Below the pieces are notes generated by a model. That model saw nothing but the letters and a program-made list of their open reading frames with translations, was not told the DNA's origin and did no database searches. Source: a virus (Duplodnaviria > Caudoviricetes). From it: a stretch of 64,000 nucleotides of DNA. Location of the stretch: IMG/VR virus record IMGVR_UViG_3300029305_003259, positions 1 through 64,000 of that record; one strand, 5' to 3'. Made by a program: the position numbers and the translations under genes. Shown piece after piece: positions 15,822 to 27,200 of the stretch (positions are counted from its first letter, which is position 1; each line of letters starts with the position of its first letter).

Positions 15822-18617
15822 TTGGCAAAACAAAACAAACTGCCACAATATATATATAAAATTAATTCAACATTATTAGAAATGAATAATTGGAATCTTA
15901 ATCTTCCTCTGAATAGAGCTAGAAAGATTCCTGGTTTAGTTGTTTCTTTGGCCGATTCTCAGATTTTATCATGGATTAATGAATTGAATGGAACCGAGGA
16001 TTATGATATACAAGCAAAGGCCATAAAGAGACAATTAAAGGATATAAAGAAGCAGCCTAGTAGCAGAGAAAATAAGTTAAAGATCGGTAATTTATATGAA
16101 CAACTTTATAGGCTGCAATTCAAAAAAGACTATGTAACTGTAGTTATGGATAAGAAATCTCATTATGATAGGGCCAATAAAGGGTTTTATATTAATGGAG
16201 TTTATTATAAAAGACTTATTTGTACCACAAACGGAGTAAAAACATCGAGCGTAGTTTATATTAGTGATAATTTGCATGATGAATTAAAGAAACGTATTGA
16301 GAATGGTAAAAATAACGAGGTAAAATTGGTTCCAGCTAAATTAGGGGCTTATGAGGCACTTGCTGCAAGCGCCTCTCTGCCTGTTAGTTGGCCAAAGGAT
16401 AAATACGCAAAGATTCCTGGTGGAATTATCGTTGTTAAGGATTGTTTTACTAAGTTCAAGACAAATTTAATTAATATTGATACGAGTGACAAGACAAAGG
16501 AACCGGTTGTGTCGTTCGCACCGGACGAAGAAGTTGTTAATGATTGCTCTGATGGATGTTCAATGATGCTCCCATCTTTATCTAGAAGATGGAACGGGGA
16601 ACTTAATAAGGATTATAATCAAACAATGAGTGGCTGCAATCTAAGATGTGCTTGGACTAAAGGCATGACTTTTACTTTTGATTTTATCAAATTTGCAGAA
16701 GAAATTGTTGGTGCATCAGAAGATGATCAGGAAAAGTATTTGATTACAGATGTATGGGGGCACAAAAGAGATATTAGAGATGCTGAATTGATTTTAACTG
16801 AAAGTCAGCTAAAGTTATGGGCATGCTATAGTTCATGGGAAGATTATTATAATAAATGTCTTGAAAATAAGTATACTATACGCGTCGCCAAGACCGCTCC
16901 GCATGAAAATGATGATATTAGACAGTTGAATTATCAGTTTATTCAGTCTCTTGAGTTGAATGATGATGATGTAAATGAGCTAATTGCTCCTACTGTTAAT
17001 GAAATTAAGGATATTATGGGCCTTGATTATAACAAGAGTATTGTTTATCTTTGTGGTAAGGGGCTCGATGATGTTACGGTAAAATATGCAGATCCTTGTG
17101 CCAAGGCATTAATGATAAATCAAGATGCAATTAAAGACCCATATATTAGAGCAAAAATTAGAAAAATGATTAATAAGCGTATCAGGGATGCTAAAATTGG
17201 AGTCTTGGACGTTAGAGGCAATTTTCAGATTCTGTCTGGAGACCTTTATGCGCTTTGTGAAAATATGTTTGGAATGGAGCCAAAGGGGTTACTTAAAGCT
17301 GGTGAAATTTATAGCAAATATTGGTCTGACAATGGTGTAAAAAGAGTACTGTGCTTTAGAGCTCCTATGAGCAATGCGCATTCTATTGTGGCCCAAGATA
17401 TTAGTTATAATGATAAGGCAAGCGAATGGTTTAAATACATTGATACTTGCGTAGTAGTGAATGCATGGGATAGCATGCCAATGGCATTAAATGGATTTGA
17501 TTTTGATGGAGATTTATTGTTTACCACTGATAATGAACCTCTTATGAGAAGGCAAACAAATTTACCGGCATTAAATTGTATTCAGCATAATGCACAAAAG
17601 AAGATTGCATTAGAAGAAGATGTGGTTTTAGCCAATAAGCAAGGATTTGGCTCGAAGATTGGTCAAATTACGAACAGAATTACTTGTATTACTTCATTGA
17701 TGGCAAATTATGAGCCAGGTAGTCTTGAGTATGAGACTTTGAGATATAGAACTCAATGTGGCCAAGCACTTCAACAAGAAGAAATTGATAAGGCAAAGGG
17801 AATTATCCCTACTCCAATGCCTCTTCATTGGTATATTGATAAAGAAAATATGATTCATGACGAAGATGATGATGAAATTCGTGCAAAAAAGGAGTTAAAT
17901 CACCTTTTATGTGCCTCAAAAAAACCATATTTCTTTGCATATAACTATCAATCTTTAAAGACAGAATATGATGAATTGATGGCTGGTATTAATTCAAAAT
18001 TGATTAATATGTTCCAAAAAACCTTTAAAGAGATGAAAAACAGCACAAATTTAACGGAAACTGAGCAAAAAATGCTTGATTTATGCTCAAAAAAGATTAA
18101 TTTAGATCTCTCCCCTTCTACTATGAACAAAATTTGTTGGGCGGTCGAAGATAACTTTGATGGCGTAGATCTTTTTAAAGATGTCGAGTTTGATTATTCT
18201 ATTTATAAAAGTGATATCACATACGAGGATATCACATACGTGCAAATTAAAGATTTATGTAAAGATTATTTAAAAAAATCAAGACAAATTAATAAGAAAC
18301 GCGCTGTAGATAATCAAGATGATTCTGAGTACTGCGCAGATAAGGAACAGATACTATCTGTTTTATTAGAAGAGTGCGAAAAAATTTGTACCAATGAAAA
18401 AGAACTTTGTAATATTTTACTTGATTTATGTTATTCAGATGGCTTAAATAAAAATATTGTATGGAACATTTGTTCTAGTGTTATAATTGATAATCTTTTA
18501 GAAAAAAATAATCATCAATTAACATATCCTGCTAAAAGCGCAGATGGAGATTTTGAATGTTGTGGTTGCTCTTTCAGCAATAAAACTACACAGATTGGAG
18601 TTGACGGAGATGATTAA
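15822..18617 (+). CDS. yonO: YonO-like single-subunit DNA-dependent RNA polymerase
   Basis: 931 aa; SDGC, FRAP and catalytic NGFDFDGD motifs; position upstream of an SPbeta-like late cluster. Confidence 0.85.
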   Translation: MAKQNKLPQYIYKINSTLLEMNNWNLNLPLNRARKIPGLVVSLADSQILSWINELNGTEDYDIQAKAIKRQLKDIKKQPSSRENKLKIGNLYEQLYRLQFKKDYVTVVMDKKSHYDRANKGFYINGVYYKRLICTTNGVKTSSVVYISDNLHDELKKRIENGKNNEVKLVPAKLGAYEALAASASLPVSWPKDKYAKIPGGIIVVKDCFTKFKTNLINIDTSDKTKEPVVSFAPDEEVVNDCSDGCSMMLPSLSRRWNGELNKDYNQTMSGCNLRCAWTKGMTFTFDFIKFAEEIVGASEDDQEKYLITDVWGHKRDIRDAELILTESQLKLWACYSSWEDYYNKCLENKYTIRVAKTAPHENDDIRQLNYQFIQSLELNDDDVNELIAPTVNEIKDIMGLDYNKSIVYLCGKGLDDVTVKYADPCAKALMINQDAIKDPYIRAKIRKMINKRIRDAKIGVLDVRGNFQILSGDLYALCENMFGMEPKGLLKAGEIYSKYWSDNGVKRVLCFRAPMSNAHSIVAQDISYNDKASEWFKYIDTCVVVNAWDSMPMALNGFDFDGDLLFTTDNEPLMRRQTNLPALNCIQHNAQKKIALEEDVVLANKQGFGSKIGQITNRITCITSLMANYEPGSLEYETLRYRTQCGQALQQEEIDKAKGIIPTPMPLHWYIDKENMIHDEDDDEIRAKKELNHLLCASKKPYFFAYNYQSLKTEYDELMAGINSKLINMFQKTFKEMKNSTNLTETEQKMLDLCSKKINLDLSPSTMNKICWAVEDNFDGVDLFKDVEFDYSIYKSDITYEDITYVQIKDLCKDYLKKSRQINKKRAVDNQDDSEYCADKEQILSVLLEECEKICTNEKELCNILLDLCYSDGLNKNIVWNICSSVIIDNLLEKNNHQLTYPAKSADGDFECCGCSFSNKTTQIGVDGDD

Positions 18618-19506
18618 GTTTAAATTTAATGAAGAAAGAAATATAGTAAATATGGTCGAGTCCAATCTGATGGATTTTTCAAATCCCAGAAGTGTTATTT
18701 GGACTTTGTCCTTGTATTATGTGAAAATTAAGCAAGTTGATGAGAAAGATGTGTTTAATTTAATTGTTGAATATATGTCGGAACATGATTCTAGTTTTTA
18801 TTATGAGCAGTATCTAACAGATATCAAAAAATGCATTAATAAAGCAAAGAAATATGATATTAAAAATATAGAGCAGATTGTTATTACTAAATCCGAGATG
18901 ACAAAAATTAAATCATTTAATGATATTAAAAAAGAAAAAATTGTATTCGTCTTGGTTGCGTTGGCAAAATATTTTAATGCTTTATATGGACATAATAAAG
19001 ATTATTTGTTTGCTAAAACAAGTGAAATTTTCAAGCATGCAAGAGTTGTAATACCTGCTTCTGAGAGAGATTATTATCTTCATTTCGCATATGAGAGCGG
19101 CGTATTGTTGCCAAACTTTAATATTGGAGCAAATATGCAACTTGTTGGGATAATTTCTCATGATGAAAGTGATGAAGCAGAGCTAGTCTTAAACGAGTAC
19201 GATTATAAAGAACTTGCTTATACGTACTTAAATTATAAAGATGGTGGATATAAAAGATGCGCTTCTTGCGGCGGTTGGTTTAAAATTAAACCTTCTGAGC
19301 CTGCTGCTAAATACTGCCATTTGCATAAGCAAAAAAATGTTGCTCCAGTTGAATATAAAGTGAAAACCTGTATTGATTGTGGACATGAATTTTATGTATC
19401 GAGTAAAAATAATCAAAGTGTTCGATGTGAAGATTGCCAAGTAATATATAGAAAGAAAATTATTAATGAAAATGCAAAAAAATATTATTTTGAGCATAAG
19501 AAATAA
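18610..19506 (+). CDS. protein with C-terminal zinc fingers, overlapping the RNAP stop
   Basis: CASC, CHLH, CIDC, CEDC; ATG at 18610 after GGAG. Confidence 0.75.
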   Translation: MIKFKFNEERNIVNMVESNLMDFSNPRSVIWTLSLYYVKIKQVDEKDVFNLIVEYMSEHDSSFYYEQYLTDIKKCINKAKKYDIKNIEQIVITKSEMTKIKSFNDIKKEKIVFVLVALAKYFNALYGHNKDYLFAKTSEIFKHARVVIPASERDYYLHFAYESGVLLPNFNIGANMQLVGIISHDESDEAELVLNEYDYKELAYTYLNYKDGGYKRCASCGGWFKIKPSEPAAKYCHLHKQKNVAPVEYKVKTCIDCGHEFYVSSKNNQSVRCEDCQVIYRKKIINENAKKYYFEHKK

Positions 19507-19645
19507 TTTTATACAGAACAAATTTTATTTACAATACAAAATTAATTAGGTATATCCTTACATTTTTAGCATAGGGGCTTATTTTTCTATAATGATAAGA
19601 GATATATAAGCCCTTATCTATAAAAAACAATGGAGGTACAAATTT

Positions 19646-20275
19646 ATGAGTGATATTTTTGGAGATCTATTAATTGGCGTTCCTGATTCTGTGGCAAATC
19701 TACAGTTGCCAGATCCTGTTTTGCGTCAATTTTATAAGGATGAGCAAGATAGAATTTTTTGGGTAGATTCTCAAATTGGTGAAAGCACTCTAGATCTCGT
19801 TAAAATGATTATGCAATACAACAAGGAAGATAAGGGGAAGCCGGTTGAAGAGCGTAAACCAATTACAATTATGATTGATAGTCCCGGCGGATCTGTAGAA
19901 GTTCTTTTAGCTGTTATTAAGGCAATCGACATTAGTAAGACTCCTGTTAGAACTGTTTGTTATTGTAATGCATATTCTGCCGCTGCAGATTTATTGGCTA
20001 GCGGTCATAAGGGGCATAGATATTGCATGCCCGGGACAAATGTTATGATGCATGCAGGAAGTTGTGCATATCAAGGCACGGCAAGTCAGGTTGATGCAGC
20101 AAAGAAGTTTTATGATGCAATGGGTAAGCGTGTAACTGATCACGTTTATTCTAGAACTAATATTGATACGAAAACTCAACGTAAGATGAAAGATGATTAT
20201 TATATGACCGACGAAGATGCATTAAAACTTGGAATCATAGATAAAATTATTGAAGATTTAGATGAATTGTTCTAA
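19646..20275 (+). CDS. clpP: ClpP-family protease subunit
   Basis: IDSPGGSV, AYSAA (Ser), MMH (His), DYYMT..AL..GIIDKI. Confidence 0.9.
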   Translation: MSDIFGDLLIGVPDSVANLQLPDPVLRQFYKDEQDRIFWVDSQIGESTLDLVKMIMQYNKEDKGKPVEERKPITIMIDSPGGSVEVLLAVIKAIDISKTPVRTVCYCNAYSAAADLLASGHKGHRYCMPGTNVMMHAGSCAYQGTASQVDAAKKFYDAMGKRVTDHVYSRTNIDTKTQRKMKDDYYMTDEDALKLGIIDKIIEDLDELF

Positions 20276-20287
20276 GGAGGTCATTTT

Positions 20288-20998
20288 ATGGCTAATAAGA
20301 AGAAGCCAATATTTGAAGATTTTGGGGAGGCCCCAAAGATTATTGATGATAGACCATTTTATGGTTTAAATTTAGATCCAGATCAAAAAAAGTTTGTAAA
20401 TGCAATTTTGAATCCAGATAATACCATTGTGTTTTGTAATGCTAAGGCTGGAACCGGTAAGACTACTCTTGCAATCGGTACTGCAGACATCTTAGTAAAA
20501 CATAAACAGTATGAAGGCATTGTATATATATGTTCAGCATATGGTGAAAAGGCGCAAGGCTACTTGCCTGGTTCAATTACTGAGAAATCAGAAGTTTATT
20601 TCGAACCAGCATATCAGGCTATGATTGAGTGTAATATGAATCCGAATATTTGTGTTAATTCAGATTCTTTAGTGAATCAAAAGTATGGAGAAGCTTATGT
20701 GACCTTATTAACCCACACATTTTTACGTGGAACAAATTTGAAAAATAAAATAATAATTCTAGATGAATCTCAGAATTATACAGTTGCTGATTTAAAGAAA
20801 ACATTAACTAGATGCTCTGATGATTGTAAGATTATCGTTATCGGACATGACCAGCAATGCGATCTGGAAAATAAAGATGCTAGCGGATTTGTAAAATATA
20901 TTGAGCATTTTAGAGGACATGAACATTGTGAAATTTGCGAATTAACAATTAATCATCGTGGTTGGGTCAGTCAGTTCGCAGATGAATTAAAAGAATAA
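20288..20998 (+). CDS. phoH: PhoH-family ATPase
   Basis: AGTGKT, GYLPG, LRGT, LDESQN, LTR, GHDQQCD. Confidence 0.9.
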   Translation: MANKKKPIFEDFGEAPKIIDDRPFYGLNLDPDQKKFVNAILNPDNTIVFCNAKAGTGKTTLAIGTADILVKHKQYEGIVYICSAYGEKAQGYLPGSITEKSEVYFEPAYQAMIECNMNPNICVNSDSLVNQKYGEAYVTLLTHTFLRGTNLKNKIIILDESQNYTVADLKKTLTRCSDDCKIIVIGHDQQCDLENKDASGFVKYIEHFRGHEHCEICELTINHRGWVSQFADELKE

Positions 20999-21021
20999 AA
21001 TAAATTAGGAGGAACAAAAAA

Positions 21022-21216
21022 ATGGCAAAGGCTGCAATTAATTTTAATTATAAGATTTCTGCAAAGGGTATTTTACATATCGATGATGATATGGTTGCTA
21101 TTGAAAATCCTGACACTGGTGAACTAATTCCATTATCTACTCTGTTTGAGGATTTTGCGGACAAATCTGTTGCGCTTTCAATTAGCTATGATGAGGAATA
21201 TGAAAGTGCTGAGTAA
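21022..21216 (+). CDS. YonK-like small protein
   Basis: 64 aa, KGIL...F..K.V.LSI pattern; SPbeta-like neighbours. Confidence 0.6.
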   Translation: MAKAAINFNYKISAKGILHIDDDMVAIENPDTGELIPLSTLFEDFADKSVALSISYDEEYESAE

Positions 21217-21233
21217 GTACAAGGAGGACATAA

Positions 21234-21530
21234 ATGAAGCTACAAAGAAAAGAAGTTATTAATGAGCTTGCTAAAAGATCTGGTTTCTTTAAGAAACATA
21301 CAGAGACATTTATTGACGCTCTTGAGGATATGCTTTTAGATATACTTAGTGAAGCATCTATTGATGAAGAGGTAGAAATTCAGCTTACTAAAGGATTTAC
21401 AGTTGGGGCAGTTAAGAATGCTTCCTATAAAGCAAAAGACCCAAGAAATCAAAGCGATGTCGTTGTGCCAGAAAGAATTACACCTTATGCAAAGTTCACA
21501 TATACTTTCAAACAAAAAATTAATGAATGA
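21234..21530 (+). CDS. HU/IHF-like DNA-binding protein
   Basis: EVINELAKRSG...GF...KDPRNQSDVVVP...F. Confidence 0.8.
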   Translation: MKLQRKEVINELAKRSGFFKKHTETFIDALEDMLLDILSEASIDEEVEIQLTKGFTVGAVKNASYKAKDPRNQSDVVVPERITPYAKFTYTFKQKINE

Positions 21531-21538
21531 GGTGCAAC

Positions 21539-22741
21539 ATGGAATATAAAAAGATGGTTGATGAAAACGAGAATCAATATATACTTCGCATTTGTTCAAT
21601 GAAGGATCAAAATTCTTGGACATGGAAGGATATTGCAAAGATTCTCAATGACTCTTTAGGGAATAATTTTGATGAAAGCGCTTATCGTAAGCGTTATCAG
21701 CATTTTCAAACTATGATGGCGGATAATGAGGCCAATATTTTTAAAGAAGAGAAATATTTGCAGAGAGTTAGAGATGAAAAAATTGAACTTGAAAAGGAAC
21801 GCCAAAAGTTATATACAACTAAGGTCGAAATGCAAAGATTAATTCGTCAAGAGGCAAGATTCGAGATGTTCTATGAGAATGTTAAGAATGCCATTGAGAC
21901 GTTGCCTATGCCCAAAGTGCAGGCGGAATTTGAAACACTTGATAATGAAAAGGCATATTTATTATGTATCGCAGATATCCATGCTGGGGCTAAATTTGAT
22001 TTACCAGTAAATAATTATTCTATGGATGAATGCGAACGGAGATTTAATGTATTGTTAAATCAGACTGTTCAATATGTGAAGAAAAATAATATTGGTCTTT
22101 TGCATGTCGCATCTTTAGGTGATGATATCCAGGGGATCTTAAGAGTTAGCGATCTGCAGCTAAATGAAACATCTGTTGTCGAGGCAACTGTATTTGTAGC
22201 TAGAATGATTGCGAATTTCTTAAATCAGCTTTCTGCATATTGCTATGTTGATTATTATCATGTCCCTACCTCAAATCATAGCCAGTCAAGACCTATTGGC
22301 ACCAAGGCAAGTGAGCTTGCCACTGAAGATATTGAATATGTGATTGCAAATTATATTGCTGACATGTTGGTATTTAATTCAAGAGTCGATGTCAATGCTA
22401 ATTTTGGACATGATTATATTGAGATTCCAATTTTTGATTATAATATTATTGCTATGCATGGACATACAGTCAATAATATCGAGAATGTTTTGAAGGATAT
22501 GAGCACATTGCATGGCAGACTTGTTGACTTTGTTATTTTAGGACATTTACATACAGGAAAGAGCATTCAGGGGAATGAACGTGGTAATTATGATACTGAA
22601 GTCCTTGTATGTCCTTCTTTCCAAGGAACGGATCCTTTTGCTTATAATAAGCTTGGAAAAAGTTCAAAGGCATCATGTAAGATGTTTATTTTTGATGAAA
22701 CATATGGTTGTACGGGAACCGAAAAATTTATTTTAAATTAA
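21539..22741 (+). CDS. calcineurin-like metallophosphoesterase (YonJ-like)
   Basis: DIH, GDD, NH, HGH, GHLH motifs; N-terminal HTH and coiled coil. Confidence 0.85.
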   Translation: MEYKKMVDENENQYILRICSMKDQNSWTWKDIAKILNDSLGNNFDESAYRKRYQHFQTMMADNEANIFKEEKYLQRVRDEKIELEKERQKLYTTKVEMQRLIRQEARFEMFYENVKNAIETLPMPKVQAEFETLDNEKAYLLCIADIHAGAKFDLPVNNYSMDECERRFNVLLNQTVQYVKKNNIGLLHVASLGDDIQGILRVSDLQLNETSVVEATVFVARMIANFLNQLSAYCYVDYYHVPTSNHSQSRPIGTKASELATEDIEYVIANYIADMLVFNSRVDVNANFGHDYIEIPIFDYNIIAMHGHTVNNIENVLKDMSTLHGRLVDFVILGHLHTGKSIQGNERGNYDTEVLVCPSFQGTDPFAYNKLGKSSKASCKMFIFDETYGCTGTEKFILN

Positions 22742-22766
22742 GCGAGGGCAACTACCCTCGCTTTTT
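22741..22766 (+). terminator. intrinsic terminator
   Basis: AGCGAGGG/CCCTCGCT stem then T-tract. Confidence 0.8.
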
Positions 22767-22786
22767 ATATTAAAAGGAGAATAAAA

Positions 22787-23002
22787 ATGGAACATATTGA
22801 GAAGGAATATAAATTACTATTTAACCCCGGTTGTGTCAGAAAGCTTTTAAGCATGGGGATTCATATCCATGATATCAAAGCGGACAAATTTAATCCAGAT
22901 AAGACGGTTTTTGTTTTTAAAAGAACTCCTGAATTTGAGCAAGCATTCGCTCAAATAAATAAGGAAATTTCTGAGCTCAAAATGAATAAAGCTGCAGAAT
23001 AA
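22787..23002 (+). CDS. DUF5659-like small protein
   Basis: LL.MG......K.D..NPDKTVFVFK pattern. Confidence 0.65.
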   Translation: MEHIEKEYKLLFNPGCVRKLLSMGIHIHDIKADKFNPDKTVFVFKRTPEFEQAFAQINKEISELKMNKAAE

Positions 23003-23026
23003 AATAAATTAAAGGAGGGATAGAGG

Positions 23027-24250
23027 TTGGTAACAAGAAACCCTGGTAAGAAAACAAAAAAAGAAATCAAAGAATATCTCTGTCCTTATTGTAATAATGT
23101 AAAAAAAGAAAAAGACTTTTATATTAGCTCTGATCCACTAGTAATGACAGGCAAAACATCTATGTGCAAAGATTGCGCCGAAAAATTAGCTAGAAATTGG
23201 GATGAACGCAAACAGATCTATGGTGAATGCACAAAGGCATCCGTTCAAGAGGCTCTTGAAAGATTAGACAAACCATTCCTTGATAGAATTTGGGATGCAA
23301 GTTATTTTGAATATGTTAATGGTGAAAATAATAAGCGTAAAAATATTTGGGATGCTTATATAAAAAATATAAGTATGCCGCAATATAGAGGAATGAGATG
23401 GCGGGATGGAGATTTATTTTCTAACTATAAAGAAGTTGCAATAAAACAAGCCAGACAGGAAGTACAAGAAGGAGAAGTTCAAAAATATTCTGAAGTAAAT
23501 GAAGAATATGAAAAAAATAAATTAGATGTTATACGTCTTTTGGGCTATGACCCGTTTGAAAAAGAACTAGAAGAAGACAAACCATTATTATATTCTCAAT
23601 TGATTGGGTACCTTGATTCAAGCGGAGAAAATGAGGATATGATGAGAACTTCTTCTGCAATTACTATAGTCAGAGGATTCTTACAGCAGGCAAAATTAGA
23701 TGATATGATTGCTAAAGCTATGAGTTCCCCCAATGTGTCAAATAAGACTGGGGAAATTAAAGCATGTTTAGATGCAAAACAAAAGGTAGCGTCTACAGTG
23801 TCTCAGCTAGCCGAGCAATCTTGCTTAAGTTTAAAGCATAACAAAAATGCCAGTAAAGGCGAAAATACGTGGACTGGCAAAATTAAAAAGTTAAAAGATT
23901 TAGATTTAAGAGATGCCGAAGTTAATGGATTTGATATTGGTACATGCAGAGGTATGCAGCAAGTACTTGAAATTAGCGATACATCCATTATGAAACAACT
24001 TAGATTAGATGAATCTGAATGGTCTGATATGGTAGCGGATCAACGTCAGATGATAGTTGAACTCCAAAATGAGAGAGATGTTTATAAGGAAGTTAATAGA
24101 ATTCTTTTAAGAGAAAATATCGACCTTAGAGACACTTTGGAGGAACATAATTTATTAAATCCAGAAGAATTGAATAATTTAAAAGAATTGTTCTCACCTC
24201 TTGGAGAATCTGCTCCCGTAGAAGATGAGGAGGATGATTCCGATGAATGA
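23027..24250 (+). CDS. Zn-finger protein before terminase; candidate small terminase subunit
   Basis: CPYC...CKDC; position directly upstream of the large terminase. Confidence 0.6.
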   Translation: MVTRNPGKKTKKEIKEYLCPYCNNVKKEKDFYISSDPLVMTGKTSMCKDCAEKLARNWDERKQIYGECTKASVQEALERLDKPFLDRIWDASYFEYVNGENNKRKNIWDAYIKNISMPQYRGMRWRDGDLFSNYKEVAIKQARQEVQEGEVQKYSEVNEEYEKNKLDVIRLLGYDPFEKELEEDKPLLYSQLIGYLDSSGENEDMMRTSSAITIVRGFLQQAKLDDMIAKAMSSPNVSNKTGEIKACLDAKQKVASTVSQLAEQSCLSLKHNKNASKGENTWTGKIKKLKDLDLRDAEVNGFDIGTCRGMQQVLEISDTSIMKQLRLDESEWSDMVADQRQMIVELQNERDVYKEVNRILLRENIDLRDTLEEHNLLNPEELNNLKELFSPLGESAPVEDEEDDSDE

Positions 24251-27200
24251 TATTAAGTTTAAAATTGTTGATAAAATTAATGATGAAGACTTGATGGAAA
24301 TTTTTTCTGATAATACCTCTGTATATATTAAGCCTTGTGCTTTTGCAATGTCTGATAGAAAATTGAAATCTCTAATTAATATTGCAAAGATTCAAAAATA
24401 TTATCAATGTAACCCTGTGAGATTTATAGAAGATTTTTTTAATATTACGCTTCTTGACGCACAGGCTTTTATTGTTGCAAGAACTTGGAATTGCCCAAAT
24501 GTTATGGTTTTAGCCAGTCGTGCATTTGGTAAGAGTACTGTAATTGACTTGATGCTTATGGCAAAAGATATGTTGTTCTGCAATGTATGGTCATATATTG
24601 CATCTGGTTCTGGTAGTCAGGCGGAGCAAACCTTTATTACTCTTGAACGTATAGCAAATGATGGAATTGATGAAATGAGAAATTCTACTGGTTATATATT
24701 TAAGAATGAAGTTGAAATTAATAATGCCGCTGGTGATGGATTTAGTCACGGCAATAACGGTTTTAAGTATAGTCTATACAATGGATCTTTTACTCAGACA
24801 TTGAACAGCAACATTGATAAAAAGCGTGGCATGAGAGGTAATGTTATTTTTGATGAATGCGGTTTCTTGTCTGAAGAAATGCTAGAAGTTTATGGTGCAT
24901 TCGCAGCAGTAAACAAAGGTTTCGCATCGGGTAAGGACAGAAATGGTAAATTAATTGACCCAATTAGACTACGCACATTTGCCACTAATATTCCTAACCA
25001 AAAATTTTATATTAGTTCTGCATCTAGTACAGATACTAAATTCTATAAACTATATCGTGAGTTTGCCAAACGTCAGCTTATGGGTGATAGAGATTATTGT
25101 GTCATACAAGTTCCGTGTGATGTTGTGCTGAAGCCAACAATTCGTGGTGAGGTTGTAAACGCTCTTTTAAAGAAGAGCGACATTGAAACTGCCGTTAGAA
25201 CCAATCCTGAAAAGGCAAGACGAGAGTATTATTGTGAATTTACATCTGATGCTGGAAACGAGGCGATAATTCGTCGTGGTGTCATTACGAGAAATAGTGA
25301 AACCAGAGTTCCACTTTTATATAATGATACCAATAATAGAAATATAGTTATTGCGTTCGACCCTGCTCGTTCTCGAGATAATAGTATTATTACCGTAATG
25401 GAGCTATATGAGAGCGAAGATGAAGAATGGCGTGGCAGAATTTTAAATTGCGTCAACATGATTGACATCAGCAATAAACGTCGTGCTCCTATGCAGACTC
25501 CAGATCAAGTAGATTATTTAAGACAATTGATTCTCGATTATAATGGAGATGCGTCTGGATATAGTAATATTGAAGCAATATTAATAGATGCTGGTTCTGG
25601 TGGTGCTGGTAAAGTTATAGCGGATATGTTGATGCAGGATTGGGTTGATTCAAAAGGCAAGCTGCATCATGGATTTATAGATAAGGAATTAGATAGACAG
25701 CTTGGTACTGGTTATGTAAAAAAATATCCAAATGCAGTTGACAAAGTCCGTTTGATTGAACCTAGTAAATATAAAGCAATTATGTATGAATCTGCAATTG
25801 AAATGACTAATAGCGACTTGATTAGCTTCACTTCTGATTATGATAATAAAGGATACCTTACCTTATTCCAAACAGATGACGCTGAAACTGCTAAAGTAAA
25901 AAAGACAATTGAAGATAGATTGCGCAAAGAAAAGGTATCGGACGAAGAATTTGCTTTGAGATTAAAAGAAGAATTAAAAAAATCTTCTGTTGTAAAAACA
26001 AAAATTGTTAAATTAGATCCGTATCAAGAAATTGCTCTTGCAAATATTGATGCGTTAAAAGAAGAGCTTGATTTACAGGTTCGGTTTGGGGCAACCCATT
26101 CAAAAATTAACCCATTTAATTGCTTGAAAATCCTTAGAGCTATATAAACTACAGCATGATATGAAAATATGGGTGCGAATGTTTTAAAAATTATATAGAT
26201 TGGACAACAAGCAGCCAAGTTTTAATATAGATTAATTCACAATACAAAATTAATTTATGTATCTATATTGATAAAGGTTCAACGACTATCCCGTGAGGGA
26301 GTACATATGCAAGCGATTGGTGTATGGAAATGGTGGGCATCCATATTTAAATGTGGATGAAGATATAGTCTACTCTCTATAGAAATATAGAGGTGATTTG
26401 GTCACAACAAGGAGTAGCGTCCTTAATTATTTTTCTACAATGTGTTTTTAAAAGAGGTGATATAAAATGTGTGGTATTTATTGTATTGAAAATATAGTTA
26501 ATAATAAAAGATACATTGGCCAAAGTGTTGATATAGAGCAAAGATGGGACAGACACAAACGTAGTTTAAATGGAGGGTATCACCATAATAGTCACCTTCA
26601 GAGAGCGTGGGATTTCTATGGAGAAGATAATTTTAAATTTTATGTCTTAGATGAATGTGAGCATGATAAATTAAATGAATTAGAGTCATATTATATTACA
26701 TTGTATGATTCTATGAATGAAGCTTTTGGGTACAACTTAGAATCAGGAGGATCTGCTAAAAAATATGTTTCAGATATAACAAGAAAAAGAATGAGCGAAT
26801 CGGCAAAAGGTAAAAGATTATCTCAAGAAACAAGACTTAAAATTAGTAAATCTGTAACTGGGCATAAACCGGGAACATTTACTCAAGAGTCATTAAAAAG
26901 AATATCGGATTTTAACAAAGGTAAAATTATTCCAGAAAAAACTAGACATAAAATTAGCGAGACATTAAAAGGAATTAAGCGCTCTGAAGAAACATTAAAA
27001 AAAAGAAAAGAAAACAACCCAATGAATGTAGCAGTATATTGCATAGAGCTTGATATTGTGTTTAATACTATTTCAGATGCTGCAAAACATACCAATACAC
27101 AGCGTAGTAATATACAAAAATGTCTAAAAGGCGAAAGAAAAACTGCTGGTAGACACCCTGAAACAGATGAAAGATTACATTGGGAAAAAGTAGAAAAATA

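Noticed and set aside
18213-18242. 15-bp tandem duplication in the RNAP gene (DITYE DITYV)
   Set aside because: In-frame micro-duplication with no evident significance.
26069-26147. C-terminus DLQVRFGATHSK... of the 640-aa terminase ORF, and 27224-27448 as a separate gene
   Set aside because: The first is read-through into the intron; the second is exon 2.
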